Below are positions 9,303 through 20,193 of a stretch of DNA of 64,000 bases, in pieces. The stretch is from an uncultured bacterium (GTDB taxonomy: Bacteria; Patescibacteriota; Minisyncoccia; Phycocordibacterales; Phycocordibacteraceae). Location of the stretch: positions 102,183-166,182 of the forward strand of contig CAWKPH010000002.1 of the NCBI GenBank assembly GCA_963851445.1. Direction: 5' to 3'. The position numbers and the translations under genes are program-made. Every line of letters begins with the position of its first letter. The stretch's first letter is position 1. The notes beneath the pieces are model-generated. The model had not been told where the DNA came from and made no database searches. It was given only the letters and a program-made list of their open reading frames with translations.

Positions 9303-11231
9303 ATGGCAAAGATTCTTGGCATTGACCTCGGTACCACCAACTCCGCCATGGCTATCATGGAGGGCGGGGAACCACGAGTTCTTGAAAATGCAGAGGGTGC
9401 ACGAACGACTCCTTCTGTTGTTGCAATTGCGAAAAATGGCGAACGCATGGTTGGCACACTTGCGCGTCGTCAATCAGTGACAAACCCCACAAATACTATT
9501 TACGGCATTAAGCGCTTTATGGGCCATCGTTTTAGCGACCCTGCAGTTCAACGGGATAAGGAAGTAGTTCCATATGAGGTAAAAACCGGTTCTGACGGAG
9601 GAGTACTCATACATCTAGGCGATAAGGATTATCGTCCGGAGGAAATTTCCGCGATGATCCTCTCAAAATTAAAGGCGGATGCGGAGGCAAAACTTGGAGA
9701 AAAAATTACTGAAGCCGTTATTACAGTACCGGCATACTTTGATGATGCACAACGGAGTGCAACGAAAGCAGCGGGACAGGTAGCAGGACTCGACGTTAAA
9801 CGCATTATCAACGAACCAACTGCAGCAGCACTTGCGTATGGATTTAATAAGAAAAAAGACGAAAAAATAGCGGTATTTGATTTTGGGGGGGGCACATTTG
9901 ATGTATCGGTGCTTGAGGTGGGAGACGACGTAATCGAGGTAAAGTCTACTGATGGCGATGCTCACATGGGTGGTCGCGATATTGATCAAAAAATTGTTCG
10001 CTACCTAGCCGATGAGTTCAAGAAACAGAGCGGGATAGACGTCACGAAGGATCCACTCGCACTCCAGCGTCTTGATGAGGCGGCAGAAAAAGCGAAGCTT
10101 GAGCTTTCAACCTCGATGGAAACTGAGGTAAATATTCCATTCATCACCATGGGCGCTGATAGCAACCCACAACACCTTCTCTTGAAACTCTCACGCGCAA
10201 CACTTGAATCTCTTTCTGACGAGTTTATTACTCGCTCTCTTGAGATCACAAAAAGAGCCCTTGAGGCAGCTGGAATAAAACCATCTGATATCAACGAACT
10301 CATCATGGTGGGTGGCCAAACCCGCATGCCAAAGATTCAGGAAGAGGTAAAGAAACTCTTCGGAAAGGAACCAAATCTCTCGGTGAACCCAGATGAGGTC
10401 GTAGCAGTTGGAGCAGCCATACAGGCGGGCATTCTCCAGGGGGACGTAAAGGACATATTACTTGTAGATGTTATTCCACTCTCACTTTCTATTGAAACAG
10501 CAGGAGGAGTTGCTACAAAACTCGTTGACCGCAATACAGCCATTCCAACATCACGCTCACAAACGTTCTCAACATATGCCGATAACCAAACATCGGTAGA
10601 GATTCACGTCACGCAGGGTGAACGAGCTATGGCTGCTGACAATAAGTCTCTTGGCAAGTTTATGCTCGACGGCATACCACCAGCACCCCGCGGCCTTCCG
10701 CAAGTTGAAGTTACCTTCGATGTGGATACGAACGGAATTCTGACCGTGAAGGCGAAAGAAAAAACCACAGGTAAGGAGCAATCGATTCGTATTGAGGGCT
10801 CGACTGGACTCTCCTCTGCTGACATCGAGAAGATGAAACAAGATGCAGAGGTTCATGCGGGAGAGGACGCTAAGCGCAAGGAAACGGCAGAAGTGAAAAA
10901 TCTTGCTGAGCAGATGGTATATACCGCCGAGAAGGCAGTTCGGGAAAACGGCGACAAGGTTGATGAAGATACTGTAAAGGATGTAAACGAGAAGATCGCG
11001 GCACTAAAACAGGCTCGTGAGGGGGAGGATGTACAAGCGATTAAATCAACTAGCGAAGCCCTTTCACAATCAATGTCGAAGATCGGGGAAATAATGATGC
11101 AACAGCAGTCACAAGCATCCCCTGAGTCTACACATACTAGCGACGAAAACACCGCTAGCGGGTCATCGCAGGAAGCTGCGCCAACTTCAGACGCCGATTT
11201 TACTGAAAAACCTACAGAAGAGAGTCCCTAG
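9303..11231 (+). CDS. dnaK: Chaperone DnaK
   Basis: [39 protein letters not shown]. Confidence 0.99.
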   Translation: MAKILGIDLGTTNSAMAIMEGGEPRVLENAEGARTTPSVVAIAKNGERMVGTLARRQSVTNPTNTIYGIKRFMGHRFSDPAVQRDKEVVPYEVKTGSDGGVLIHLGDKDYRPEEISAMILSKLKADAEAKLGEKITEAVITVPAYFDDAQRSATKAAGQVAGLDVKRIINEPTAAALAYGFNKKKDEKIAVFDFGGGTFDVSVLEVGDDVIEVKSTDGDAHMGGRDIDQKIVRYLADEFKKQSGIDVTKDPLALQRLDEAAEKAKLELSTSMETEVNIPFITMGADSNPQHLLLKLSRATLESLSDEFITRSLEITKRALEAAGIKPSDINELIMVGGQTRMPKIQEEVKKLFGKEPNLSVNPDEVVAVGAAIQAGILQGDVKDILLVDVIPLSLSIETAGGVATKLVDRNTAIPTSRSQTFSTYADNQTSVEIHVTQGERAMAADNKSLGKFMLDGIPPAPRGLPQVEVTFDVDTNGILTVKAKEKTTGKEQSIRIEGSTGLSSADIEKMKQDAEVHAGEDAKRKETAEVKNLAEQMVYTAEKAVRENGDKVDEDTVKDVNEKIAALKQAREGEDVQAIKSTSEALSQSMSKIGEIMMQQQSQASPESTHTSDENTASGSSQEAAPTSDADFTEKPTEESP

Positions 11232-11291
11232 AGACTGTTTCAGAGGCTCCAGGCCTCTCCTTATAGGACGACTTGCTAAGTTAAATCATAC

Positions 11292-11834
11292 ATGGTAAAA
11301 AGCTATCGTATGATAAAAACAGCAATAATCCGTTTCGCGTCCTTGTGTGGGGGCTTGGCTCTTGGCGGTACCTTACTTGTAACTCCGGCATTTGCCTCAT
11401 ATCAGTATCAGACCTCGAATTTCTGCTATGGTTCGGGCTGTATGCAGAACCAAGGGTATTATGGTGAGCAGCAGCCAAATTACGACAATTCTAACTATGG
11501 CTACAACGGGTATCAGGAGTACCCATCGTACGGCCAACCATACCAGCTTCCGTATGCCTATAGTTATCAAAATCCAAATGGCTATGGTCAGCAGAACTAC
11601 AACAATTATCCGCAAAACTATCAGTACGGATATCAGCCTTCACAGCAGTATCAATCGTGGTATAGCCCGTGGAATCCGGCATATGAGAATTACACTCCAC
11701 ATGGCTATTCCTATCAGATACCGCCTACGTACTCGTACCAATATCATTACTCCTACTCTTACTCGTATTCCTATTCGTATCCACGATCGAATACGTGGTA
11801 TAGCTATCCAATGAGTTCAGGAGACCGTTGGTAA
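11292..11834 (+). CDS. Putative secreted Tyr/Gln/Ser/Asn/Gly-rich low-complexity protein
   Basis: Signal-peptide-like N-terminus ending in PAFA; the mature part is dominated by Y/Q/S/N/G/P and includes a YSYSYSYSYSY run. Confidence 0.7.
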   Translation: MVKSYRMIKTAIIRFASLCGGLALGGTLLVTPAFASYQYQTSNFCYGSGCMQNQGYYGEQQPNYDNSNYGYNGYQEYPSYGQPYQLPYAYSYQNPNGYGQQNYNNYPQNYQYGYQPSQQYQSWYSPWNPAYENYTPHGYSYQIPPTYSYQYHYSYSYSYSYSYPRSNTWYSYPMSSGDRW

Positions 11835-11860
11835 AAACTCCAAGGCTTGCCAGTTTAAAT

Positions 11861-11898
11861 AGAAACCCCGGTCACTAAAGGCCGGGGTTTCTTGTTTT
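11861..11898 (+). terminator. Intrinsic terminator before dnaJ
   Basis: AGAAACCCCGG-tcactaaagg-CCGGGGTTTCT followed by a T-rich tail. Confidence 0.8.
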
Positions 11899-11945
11899 AC
11901 AACCTTTTACTACTGACATCGTTTGCGCTATACTAGCCCTTATCT

Positions 11946-13034
11946 ATGGCAAAGAACTACTATGAAATCCTTGGGGTTGATAAAAAAGCAACAAAAGATG
12001 ACGTAAAGAAAGCGTTCCGGAAGCTTGCACAGAAATATCATCCTGATAAAGGGGGCAGTGAGGATAAATTCAAGGAGATAACGGAAGCGTACAGCATCCT
12101 CTCAGACGATAAAAAACGTCGTGAATATGATTCCTATGGACAGACATTCGCCGGTAGCGGGCAGGCTGGAGCCGGGTTTCAAGGTACGGGTGGTTTCGAC
12201 TTCTCGAATTTTCAAGGTTTCAATAACGGTGGCGTTGAGTTTGATATATCTGACCTTTTTGGTGGCTTTGGTGATATTTTCAGTCAGGGACAAGGACGTG
12301 GGAGAATGAAGCGTGGACGCGATATTTCGATGGATATCGAGATATCATTCAAAGATTCAATACTAGGAGTAAAGCGTTCGGTTCTCATCACTAAGGTAGG
12401 AAAATGCGATACCTGTGATGGATCAGGTGCAAAACCAGGCACTGAGATGGAGACCTGTAAAACCTGTAATGGTGCCGGACGCATACACGAAACCCGTGAC
12501 TCGATTCTTGGGGCCTTCTCCAGTGTGCGCTCATGTCCAACCTGTGAAGGCCTGGGGAAAGTTCCGAAGGAGAAATGTGCAACGTGTAGTGGACGAGGTG
12601 TAATTCGTAAAGAAGAGGAAATCAAGATTGGTATTCCTCGTGGCATTGATGATGGTGAGATGATTCGTATGCCCGGTCAGGGAGAGGCGGTTAAGGGCGG
12701 GCTTGCCGGGGATCTTTATATAAAGGTGCACGTGAAGCCCCATGCCTTGTTCCGTAAAGAGGGCGCAAATCTTATCATGAATCTCCCAATCAAACTTACG
12801 GATGCTCTTCTTGGCACAACGGTTTCGGTCACAACTATCGATGACAAAACACTTGAGGTGAAAGTACCGCAGATGACACATACTGAGGAGACACTACGTA
12901 TACGCGGAAAAGGAGTTGAGTATGCTGAGGGTGGTCACGGAGACCTTCTTATTCGCATCACCGCCAGTCTCCCACGAAAACTTTCAAGTAAAGCAAAGAA
13001 AGCAATTGAGGATCTTAAGAGCGAAGGATTATAG
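11946..13034 (+). CDS. dnaJ: Chaperone DnaJ
   Basis: J-domain HPD, G/F-rich linker, four CxxCxGxG repeats. Confidence 0.98.
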   Translation: MAKNYYEILGVDKKATKDDVKKAFRKLAQKYHPDKGGSEDKFKEITEAYSILSDDKKRREYDSYGQTFAGSGQAGAGFQGTGGFDFSNFQGFNNGGVEFDISDLFGGFGDIFSQGQGRGRMKRGRDISMDIEISFKDSILGVKRSVLITKVGKCDTCDGSGAKPGTEMETCKTCNGAGRIHETRDSILGAFSSVRSCPTCEGLGKVPKEKCATCSGRGVIRKEEEIKIGIPRGIDDGEMIRMPGQGEAVKGGLAGDLYIKVHVKPHALFRKEGANLIMNLPIKLTDALLGTTVSVTTIDDKTLEVKVPQMTHTEETLRIRGKGVEYAEGGHGDLLIRITASLPRKLSSKAKKAIEDLKSEGL

Positions 13035-13087
13035 TTTTATACACAGAGCATAATATCTAGGACTTGATAGTGAGTTAAGCTATAGGG

Positions 13088-13462
13088 ATGAACGGACTTG
13101 TTCTCTCGTTATATATCGGCTATGCCCTATATATTGTTTTCCCCTTTAAAAATGCACTCCTGGCAATGGGTGGGACTGATGCGATGCGGACAATTATCGC
13201 AATCGTACTGTATGTTGTCGCGGTAGGTTTCTCTCACTACTTGTTACGGAGTCTCGGTATGCATGCTCGGGGCCGCTCGGGTTTGCCAGCAGTGGTGCTT
13301 GGCGTGCTCGTGGTGGCATTTCTGCTTGCCCTCTGCTACCAACTATTTAATATTACCCAACTCATAATCTTGCCACCACTTGTCGTTGAGGTCTTTGGTC
13401 CATCCATGTATTTCTTCTGGTGGTTTATTGCACCGATTGTCGGCCTTTTCTTCCTCGGATAA
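13088..13462 (+). CDS. Hypothetical membrane protein
   Basis: 124 aa with about 4 hydrophobic segments; start uncertain. Confidence 0.6.
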   Translation: MNGLVLSLYIGYALYIVFPFKNALLAMGGTDAMRTIIAIVLYVVAVGFSHYLLRSLGMHARGRSGLPAVVLGVLVVAFLLALCYQLFNITQLIILPPLVVEVFGPSMYFFWWFIAPIVGLFFLG

Positions 13463-13486
13463 TTCTCCTTGTGATAGGGTGAAAGG

Positions 13487-15280
13487 ATGAGTCCTACTGA
13501 TGTAAAAGAGATATATACTCCTACTGAGAAGCGCGAGGCAATTCTGAGGCAATTGAAGCCCTATATGGGGACGTTTATCGTCCTTTCGTTACTAGGAATT
13601 GTCTCCGCAATAGCCAACGGGGCGACCCCCTATATTGTTGGTAAGTTCTTTGACGAACTCATCACGCCCACTTCAATCACGGTTCCCTGGTTTGGGGCTC
13701 AACCTTTTTGGGTAGTACTTCTTTCAGTGTGGCTTGCTGTTCAAATAGTCGCCAATGGTATTAGTTGGTTTATCGATCGCAAAACTCGTTTTCTTACGAC
13801 CGAACTTGAGGCCGGTATTCAGGCTAGGGCCTTCACACAACTTTTAACGCTTCCCATTTCTTTTCATAAACATGCGCGCACTGGTGAAATAACGAATACC
13901 GTGAGTAGAGCAGCGTGGATGCTTTCAAACATGGTTACGAATGTGCTCTCGCTTGCACCACAATTCCTGACGATCATTGTTGGCATCACGATATCGTTTG
14001 CAATTCGACCTTCGCTTGCGTATGTGCTCCTTGCAGGAGTTGCAGTATATCTCGTGGTGTTAGTGCGCGTACTTCCCTCTACCGCAAAATATCAGGAGGA
14101 GGGGTTTACGATTTGGAATCGTGCATATGGCGATGCAGCTGATGCGTATGCTAATTTTCAAACCGTAAAGCAAGCGGGCGCAGAAGAGTTTGAGGGCAAG
14201 CGCATTATGACTGGGTTTTATGACAACGCCGTGCCTATTTGGTATCGCATGGAGCGTGCATGGAGCAACTTAAACTTTTCACAGCGCATTATAGTAATGC
14301 TTACACAAGGGACGATATTTCTATTTTCCGTATTTCTTATACAAGAGAAAGAACTCACTATCGGCGGACTTATCGCCTTTAACGCGTATGCAGGCATGAT
14401 CATTGGCCCCTTTGTTTCTCTCGGCACACAGTGGCAGACCATACAGAATGGTCTTACCGCGGTAGCTCGTGCCGAGCGCATATTTGGTACCGATCCTGAA
14501 ATATATGATCCACCGAACGCTGTAGCACTTGGTGATTTGAAAGGAAATATAAACTTTAAGGACGTGCACTTTACGTATGAAGCGGGGCAGCCCGAAGTTT
14601 TGAAGGGTATTAATTTTTCAGTTAAGGCTGGGGAAGTTGTTGCGTTTGTTGGAGAAACAGGTGCGGGCAAATCTACAACTGCAGAGCTTATTTCTGGTTA
14701 TTACTTTCCGACACATGGGGAAGTAACAATAGACGGTCACAATATTCGAACAATTAGTCTTCGAGAGCTCAGAAGTTATATTGCCATTGTGCCTCAGGAA
14801 ATTGTTCTTTTTAATGGCACCCTCATGGATAACATTCGCTATGGCCGCCCTGATGCAACAGACGAAGAAGTTAAGAATGCCGTACAAAAAGCGCATGCCG
14901 AAACGTTTATTGATAAATTCCCACTGAAATATGAGCAAATTGTGGGTGAACGGGGTGTAAAGCTTTCGGTTGGGCAAAAACAACGCGTTGCAATTGCACG
15001 AGCAATTCTGCGAAACCCGCGGATACTCATTCTCGACGAACCTACGTCTGCACTTGATGCTGAGACCGAGAGTTACATTAGCAAATCACTTGAAGAACTT
15101 ATGTTTGGTCGCACGACATTTATCATTGCACACCGACTTTCGACCGTGCGACAGGCCGACAAAATCATCGTCCTAAAGAATGGTGTTGTGGCAGAAGAAG
15201 GAACACATGATCATTTAATTGAAATTTCGAACGGCCTTTATCGCCATTTATATGACCTAAATGTTGGGTTAAAGAAGTAA
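13487..15280 (+). CDS. ABC exporter, fused permease/ATPase (MsbA/MdlB-like)
   Basis: N-terminal TM domain; Walker A GETGAGKST; signature LSVGQKQR; Walker B ILILDEPTSALD; IAHRLST. Confidence 0.95.
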   Translation: MSPTDVKEIYTPTEKREAILRQLKPYMGTFIVLSLLGIVSAIANGATPYIVGKFFDELITPTSITVPWFGAQPFWVVLLSVWLAVQIVANGISWFIDRKTRFLTTELEAGIQARAFTQLLTLPISFHKHARTGEITNTVSRAAWMLSNMVTNVLSLAPQFLTIIVGITISFAIRPSLAYVLLAGVAVYLVVLVRVLPSTAKYQEEGFTIWNRAYGDAADAYANFQTVKQAGAEEFEGKRIMTGFYDNAVPIWYRMERAWSNLNFSQRIIVMLTQGTIFLFSVFLIQEKELTIGGLIAFNAYAGMIIGPFVSLGTQWQTIQNGLTAVARAERIFGTDPEIYDPPNAVALGDLKGNINFKDVHFTYEAGQPEVLKGINFSVKAGEVVAFVGETGAGKSTTAELISGYYFPTHGEVTIDGHNIRTISLRELRSYIAIVPQEIVLFNGTLMDNIRYGRPDATDEEVKNAVQKAHAETFIDKFPLKYEQIVGERGVKLSVGQKQRVAIARAILRNPRILILDEPTSALDAETESYISKSLEELMFGRTTFIIAHRLSTVRQADKIIVLKNGVVAEEGTHDHLIEISNGLYRHLYDLNVGLKK

Positions 15281-15337
15281 GAGGTTATTCTGTATAACCT
15301 CATGGATAATATACGGTAGGCGTGTTATATTCATCGC

Positions 15338-16399
15338 GTGACCAATCTTGAGAAGTTACCAGAGTTTGACGGCCACGAAATGGTACTCCGGATCCAGGAT
15401 AAGGCCACAGGTCTTCAGGGCTTTATTGCTGTGCATAATACTAATCTCGGACCTGCAGTGGGGGGTACCAGATACTGGTACTACAAAAATGAGGAAGAAG
15501 CGCTTCGCGATGCACTTCGTCTTTCGAGGGCAATGACCTATAAGTGCGCACTTGCCAAAGTTCCATACGGGGGAGGAAAGGCTGTACTTATGGCTCCCAA
15601 AGATCCTAAAGCGAGGGCGAAATTAAAGAGTGACTCATATCTCGTTGCCTACGCAAACCGTCTTTCGCTTCTTGATGGTCATTTTTTCACAGGTGAAGAT
15701 GTCGGGATCACCGAGCACGATATAGAGGTACTTGCGCGCAACTCAACAAGCATTATCGGGCGTCCGTCTATAGGAGGGCTTCCATCGCCACTTGCTGCGC
15801 AAAGTGTTTTTGAATCAATGCGTGCTGCGCTTCGTGTCGCCTATGACACTGAGTCATTTGAAGGCCGAAAGGTGGCTGTAAAAGGCCTTGGCAACGTAGG
15901 ATTCGATCTTGTAAAACTTCTTACAAAAGCAGGGGCCGCCGTTGTAGGAGCTGACGTAAACGAAGATCGCGTACGACTTGCTCAAAAACAATTTCCTGAT
16001 TTGAAAATAGTTTCACCTGCAGTCATTCATAAGCAAGTAGTGGATATTTATTCTCCCTGTGCCATGGGCAGTGACTTGACTTCACTGTGTATACAACAAC
16101 TTGCATGCAAAATTGTGTGTGGGTCGGCAAATAATCAACTCGCAACGCCTGCCGATAGTAATCGGCTCCTTAGACGCGGCATCGTGTATGTGCCTGATTA
16201 CGTTGCAAATGCAGGGGGGTTGATAACGGTAGTCGACGAACTTCATGCAGGAGGCTATGATCGGCGCAGAGTGCAAAGAAATGTTGGACAAGTAAAAGAA
16301 ACTGTCGCACATATTCTTATTGAGGCTAGGGAGAAAGGACTACCCACTGGGCAGGTCGCTGACTCTCTTGCGGAAAAACGTTTTCGAATCAAACGATAA
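15338..16399 (+). CDS. Leu/Phe/Val dehydrogenase family protein
   Basis: IAVHNTNLGPAVGGTR, LSRAMTYK, GGGKAV, TGEDVG, GLGNVG, GSANNQL, PDYVANAGG. Confidence 0.92.
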   Translation: MTNLEKLPEFDGHEMVLRIQDKATGLQGFIAVHNTNLGPAVGGTRYWYYKNEEEALRDALRLSRAMTYKCALAKVPYGGGKAVLMAPKDPKARAKLKSDSYLVAYANRLSLLDGHFFTGEDVGITEHDIEVLARNSTSIIGRPSIGGLPSPLAAQSVFESMRAALRVAYDTESFEGRKVAVKGLGNVGFDLVKLLTKAGAAVVGADVNEDRVRLAQKQFPDLKIVSPAVIHKQVVDIYSPCAMGSDLTSLCIQQLACKIVCGSANNQLATPADSNRLLRRGIVYVPDYVANAGGLITVVDELHAGGYDRRRVQRNVGQVKETVAHILIEAREKGLPTGQVADSLAEKRFRIKR

Positions 16400-16401
16400 G
16401 T

Positions 16402-17919
16402 ATGAATTCAAATAAACTACTTTCCTCTTCCGCTGCAGCTGAAAGGGCGATACGTGTAAGCCAAAAGGCTGCGTCGTCTACTTACATGCGTAGACGAGAA
16501 AAAAATGCGCTCACACTGTTTCGAGACACAGTAAAAAGAGTTCCAGCCTACAGGACATTTCTTAAAGAGCATGATATTGATCCGGTTTCTATAAAAACAT
16601 GGACTGATTTCCAGAAAATTCCCTCTACGAACAAAGATACCTATTTGCGCAAATATCCGCTGGCCGAGCTCTGCTGGGACGGCACACTTGCGCGCTCGGG
16701 AGTATTTTCAGCAACGTCTGGCTCAACAGGAAAGCCTTTTTATTTTCAGAGATCTCAAAATCTTGAAGAGGAGTATTCAGAGATTGTGGAAATGTTTCTT
16801 TCGCAAGGTGCACATCCGCCAAGCACCAAATGTCCCACACTTGTAATTATCGGTTTTGGAATGGGAGTATGGATAGGAGGAATGCTGACCTATCGTGCAT
16901 ACGAAATCGCAAGCAGCCGTGGGTACCCCATGTCAATCATACCCGCAGGTGTAAATAAGGACGAAATACTTGGCGCACTTCGCGAACTTGCTCCTCAATT
17001 CAAGCAAACAATACTTATTGGGTATCCTCCATTTGTGAAAGATATACTGGATGAAGCAGAGCTTTCCGGCATCGATCTTAAGTCACTTAACTTGCGGCTC
17101 CAGTTTGCAGCAGAGTCATTTACGGAGCAATTTCGGGATTATCTTGGAAAGAAAGCCGAGATTTCAAACGTAGTACGCGATACCCTCAATATATATGGAA
17201 CTGCAGATATAGGCGCCATGGCTTTTGAAACCCCAACAGCTATTCTCATTCGTCGGCTAGCTATGAAAAATGAGAAGATATTTACTAGGCTATTTGGGGA
17301 CGCCAAAAAGACTCCTACACTCACGCAGTACAACCCAGCATTTATGACCTTCGAGGCAACTGATGAAGGCGAGATACTCTTAACAGGAAATAGTGCTATA
17401 CCTCTCATTCGATATGCAATAGGCGATCATGGAGGTGTACACTCTTTTGATCACATCAATACGATTTTGAAAGAAGAAAGCATCGACCTTGAGAAGGAAG
17501 CAAAAAAGCATGAGGTGCAGCTTTGTCAGCTACCATTCGTGTATGTCTATGCGCGTGTCGATCTCTCAACGAAATTATATGGCGCAATCGTCTATCCTGA
17601 ACATGCGCGTGAGGCACTCGAAGACGACGAGCTTTTAAAAAGTATCACTGGCAAATTCACGATGCAAACGCTCACCGATAAGGATCACAATCAGTTTCTT
17701 GAAATAAATCTTGAACTTCGTCCCGATGGTGTCCAATCAGCGAAACTTGAACGGCTTATTCAGGATAAAATACTGCAAAACCTCCTTCAAAAGAATAGCG
17801 AGTACCACAATAATTACAAATCGATGGGTGAGCGAGTACTGCCGCGTATTGTTCTCTGGCCCCATGCGGATGCAACCTATTTCAAACCAGGTATAAAGCA
17901 GCAGTGGGTTAAGAAGTAG
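16402..17919 (+). CDS. Phenylacetate--CoA ligase (PaaK-like) adenylate-forming enzyme
   Basis: ATSGSTGKP P-loop, LIGYPPF, IYGTADIG, PLIRYAIGDHG. Confidence 0.85.
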   Translation: MNSNKLLSSSAAAERAIRVSQKAASSTYMRRREKNALTLFRDTVKRVPAYRTFLKEHDIDPVSIKTWTDFQKIPSTNKDTYLRKYPLAELCWDGTLARSGVFSATSGSTGKPFYFQRSQNLEEEYSEIVEMFLSQGAHPPSTKCPTLVIIGFGMGVWIGGMLTYRAYEIASSRGYPMSIIPAGVNKDEILGALRELAPQFKQTILIGYPPFVKDILDEAELSGIDLKSLNLRLQFAAESFTEQFRDYLGKKAEISNVVRDTLNIYGTADIGAMAFETPTAILIRRLAMKNEKIFTRLFGDAKKTPTLTQYNPAFMTFEATDEGEILLTGNSAIPLIRYAIGDHGGVHSFDHINTILKEESIDLEKEAKKHEVQLCQLPFVYVYARVDLSTKLYGAIVYPEHAREALEDDELLKSITGKFTMQTLTDKDHNQFLEINLELRPDGVQSAKLERLIQDKILQNLLQKNSEYHNNYKSMGERVLPRIVLWPHADATYFKPGIKQQWVKK

Positions 17920-17941
17920 TTCCATAGGATATACTGTACCC

Positions 17942-19126
17942 ATGACTGATATTAAGGAATATTTAGAGCATGCAGCCCTGAAGAAACAGCCTATCAAGCC
18001 AACTTTTTTTGATCTTTCAAAAGAATCTGATCAGAAGCAAGTACGAGAATTATTTGAGAAAGGCGAGATACAACACGTTACCAATGATTTTGAGGAGGAA
18101 TTACGAGAGCTGTACGCTATAAAAAATCCAACCAAAGTATATACCCCCGAGTTTACGACCCTCTTTGATGCGCACAGGAAAGAGCTTCAAACTAGTCTTC
18201 CCGAATGGCAACAAGGCCTTTGGGTATATTACCCTTGGCGATCTCTCCTAGCTCATATTCTCCCTGAGGAGGATTTTTACCTTGTACGTACGGCAAGAAA
18301 TAAAAATCTTATTACCGCTGGGGAACAGAGTAAATTCTACAACGCAACGGTAGGTATAGGAGGACTGAGCGTTGGCTCAAGCATTGCCTATGCACTTACC
18401 CTTCAGGGAGGTCCTAAGCGCATTAGACTTGCTGATATGGACCATCTTGCACTCTCAAACACAAATCGTGTCCTTGCTGGAGTTGATAGTCTTGGCGTGT
18501 TGAAAGTCGATATGGCTGCCAGACGAATTTACGAAGTGAACCCCTATGCTGAAGTTGAAATATTTCCTGAGGGGCTTACACCCGAGAATATAGGGACCTT
18601 TGCAGATGGGTTGGATATCCTCATTGATGAACTCGACAATATAGCAGTCAAATATCTCATACGCGTTGAGGCGAAAAAACGCTCAATTCCAGTGGTTATG
18701 GGTGCAGACAATGGCGATAATGCCGTTATTGATGTAGAGCGCTATGACCTTGATCCCGAAACAAAATTCTTTCACGGACGCTTGGGTGACGTCACTTACG
18801 AAGAACTGAGTAATCTCGACAAGTTTGGCATCGGCAAAACAATCACTAAGCATATAGGACCTGAAAATATTACTATTCGTATGCAGGAATCCTTGCTCGA
18901 AATGGGTAAGACGATTGTTTCATGGCCACAGCTTGGTGGCGCAGCGCTCGTCAATGGCGCAGCTGTGGCATACTGTGTTCGAAGGATTCTGAACGGTCAG
19001 GATGTGGTATCTAATCGAGAGCTTGTTTCGCTCGATGAAAAACTTGACCCCACCTACAACACTCCAGAAGAAGTTACCAAGCGTACAACGGCATCCGCTG
19101 CTTTTGCGAAAATGTTTGGTTTATAA
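17942..19126 (+). CDS. ThiF-family adenylyltransferase (N-terminal half of Rv1355c/OxzB-like proteins)
   Basis: WVYYPW...RTARNKNLIT..EQ, GIGGLSVGS, LADMDHLALSNTNR, DELDN, DVERYDLDP, SWPQLGG. Confidence 0.85.
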   Translation: MTDIKEYLEHAALKKQPIKPTFFDLSKESDQKQVRELFEKGEIQHVTNDFEEELRELYAIKNPTKVYTPEFTTLFDAHRKELQTSLPEWQQGLWVYYPWRSLLAHILPEEDFYLVRTARNKNLITAGEQSKFYNATVGIGGLSVGSSIAYALTLQGGPKRIRLADMDHLALSNTNRVLAGVDSLGVLKVDMAARRIYEVNPYAEVEIFPEGLTPENIGTFADGLDILIDELDNIAVKYLIRVEAKKRSIPVVMGADNGDNAVIDVERYDLDPETKFFHGRLGDVTYEELSNLDKFGIGKTITKHIGPENITIRMQESLLEMGKTIVSWPQLGGAALVNGAAVAYCVRRILNGQDVVSNRELVSLDEKLDPTYNTPEEVTKRTTASAAFAKMFGL

Positions 19127-19134
19127 TCAATACT

Positions 19135-20193
19135 ATGGATCCAGATATTCGCACCATCTTGGAGGCTGCCATTCAAGCCCCCTCAGGAGAGAATGTGCAA
19201 CCATGGCGATTCCGTGTCAACGGTAAAACTATCGAGTTACATCATGCTTCGGTTGATAGCGAGATCTATGATTGGGAGAGCCGAGTCTCTCTCATTGCGC
19301 ATGGAGCCGCTCTTGAAAACATGGTTCTTAGTGCCTCTGCTCTTGGTTACGAAACGAATGTAATTCTATTCCCAGATTCCGCTCGACCTACCTACATAGC
19401 ATCTCTGGCGCTTGGCGAGAAAAAACAGCCTGTGGAGAATGTTTTAGTAGAGGCAATTCCAAAGCGCGTCACAAACCGTAACTCTTATGAAGTTAAGCCT
19501 CTTGAGGAGACTGCAAGCAATAAACTCCAAGAAATCTCAGACGGGTCAAAAACGATTCGTTATCTGCGCGTTACCGAACGTGAAAAAATCCAGAAACTCG
19601 CAAGGGTTGGCAGCACGAATGAAGAAGTGATGTTGCAAAATAGAGTATTGCACGATTTCTTCTTTGATCATGTTACATGGACAAAAGAGGAAGACGAGCA
19701 AAAGAGAGTCGGCTTTTATATTAAAGCACTTGGCCTTCCACCTCCTGTGCAGGTCATGTTTAAATTATTTAAAAATTGGTCTGTGATGAACGTACTGAAA
19801 AAAGCAGGGTTTCCGGCTCAAGTGGGCAAGCAGAACGCTGCTACGTACAATTCCACTTCTGAAATGGGGATACTGAGTATTAGAGAGAATGCTCCCAAAA
19901 ATTATGTCGAGGCAGGAAGATTACTCCAAAGAATATGGCTCCAGACGACTGTAAACAACGTGGCCATGCAGCCAATCGCGGGAACCTTGTACATGGGTTT
20001 TTATCTTGCGGCACACCCGGGCTCAACAGAGGTTTTTTCGATACATGAGCGTTCTCTTGTAGAGAATGCGGTTAAGATGGCACGGGAAGTTGTTGGGGAT
20101 GGAAGTATTCCAGTGTTCATGTTTCGCCTTGGGTATGGAAAGCCACCTGAGGCACGATCAACGCGATTTCCGCTAGAGTATTTCCTCCTATGA
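19135..20193 (+). CDS. Nitroreductase-family protein (C-terminal half of Rv1355c/OxzB-like proteins)
   Basis: AAIQAPSGENVQPWRF, GAALEN, RVTNR, AGRLLQRIWL, FRLGY. Confidence 0.85.
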   Translation: MDPDIRTILEAAIQAPSGENVQPWRFRVNGKTIELHHASVDSEIYDWESRVSLIAHGAALENMVLSASALGYETNVILFPDSARPTYIASLALGEKKQPVENVLVEAIPKRVTNRNSYEVKPLEETASNKLQEISDGSKTIRYLRVTEREKIQKLARVGSTNEEVMLQNRVLHDFFFDHVTWTKEEDEQKRVGFYIKALGLPPPVQVMFKLFKNWSVMNVLKKAGFPAQVGKQNAATYNSTSEMGILSIRENAPKNYVEAGRLLQRIWLQTTVNNVAMQPIAGTLYMGFYLAAHPGSTEVFSIHERSLVENAVKMAREVVGDGSIPVFMFRLGYGKPPEARSTRFPLEYFLL

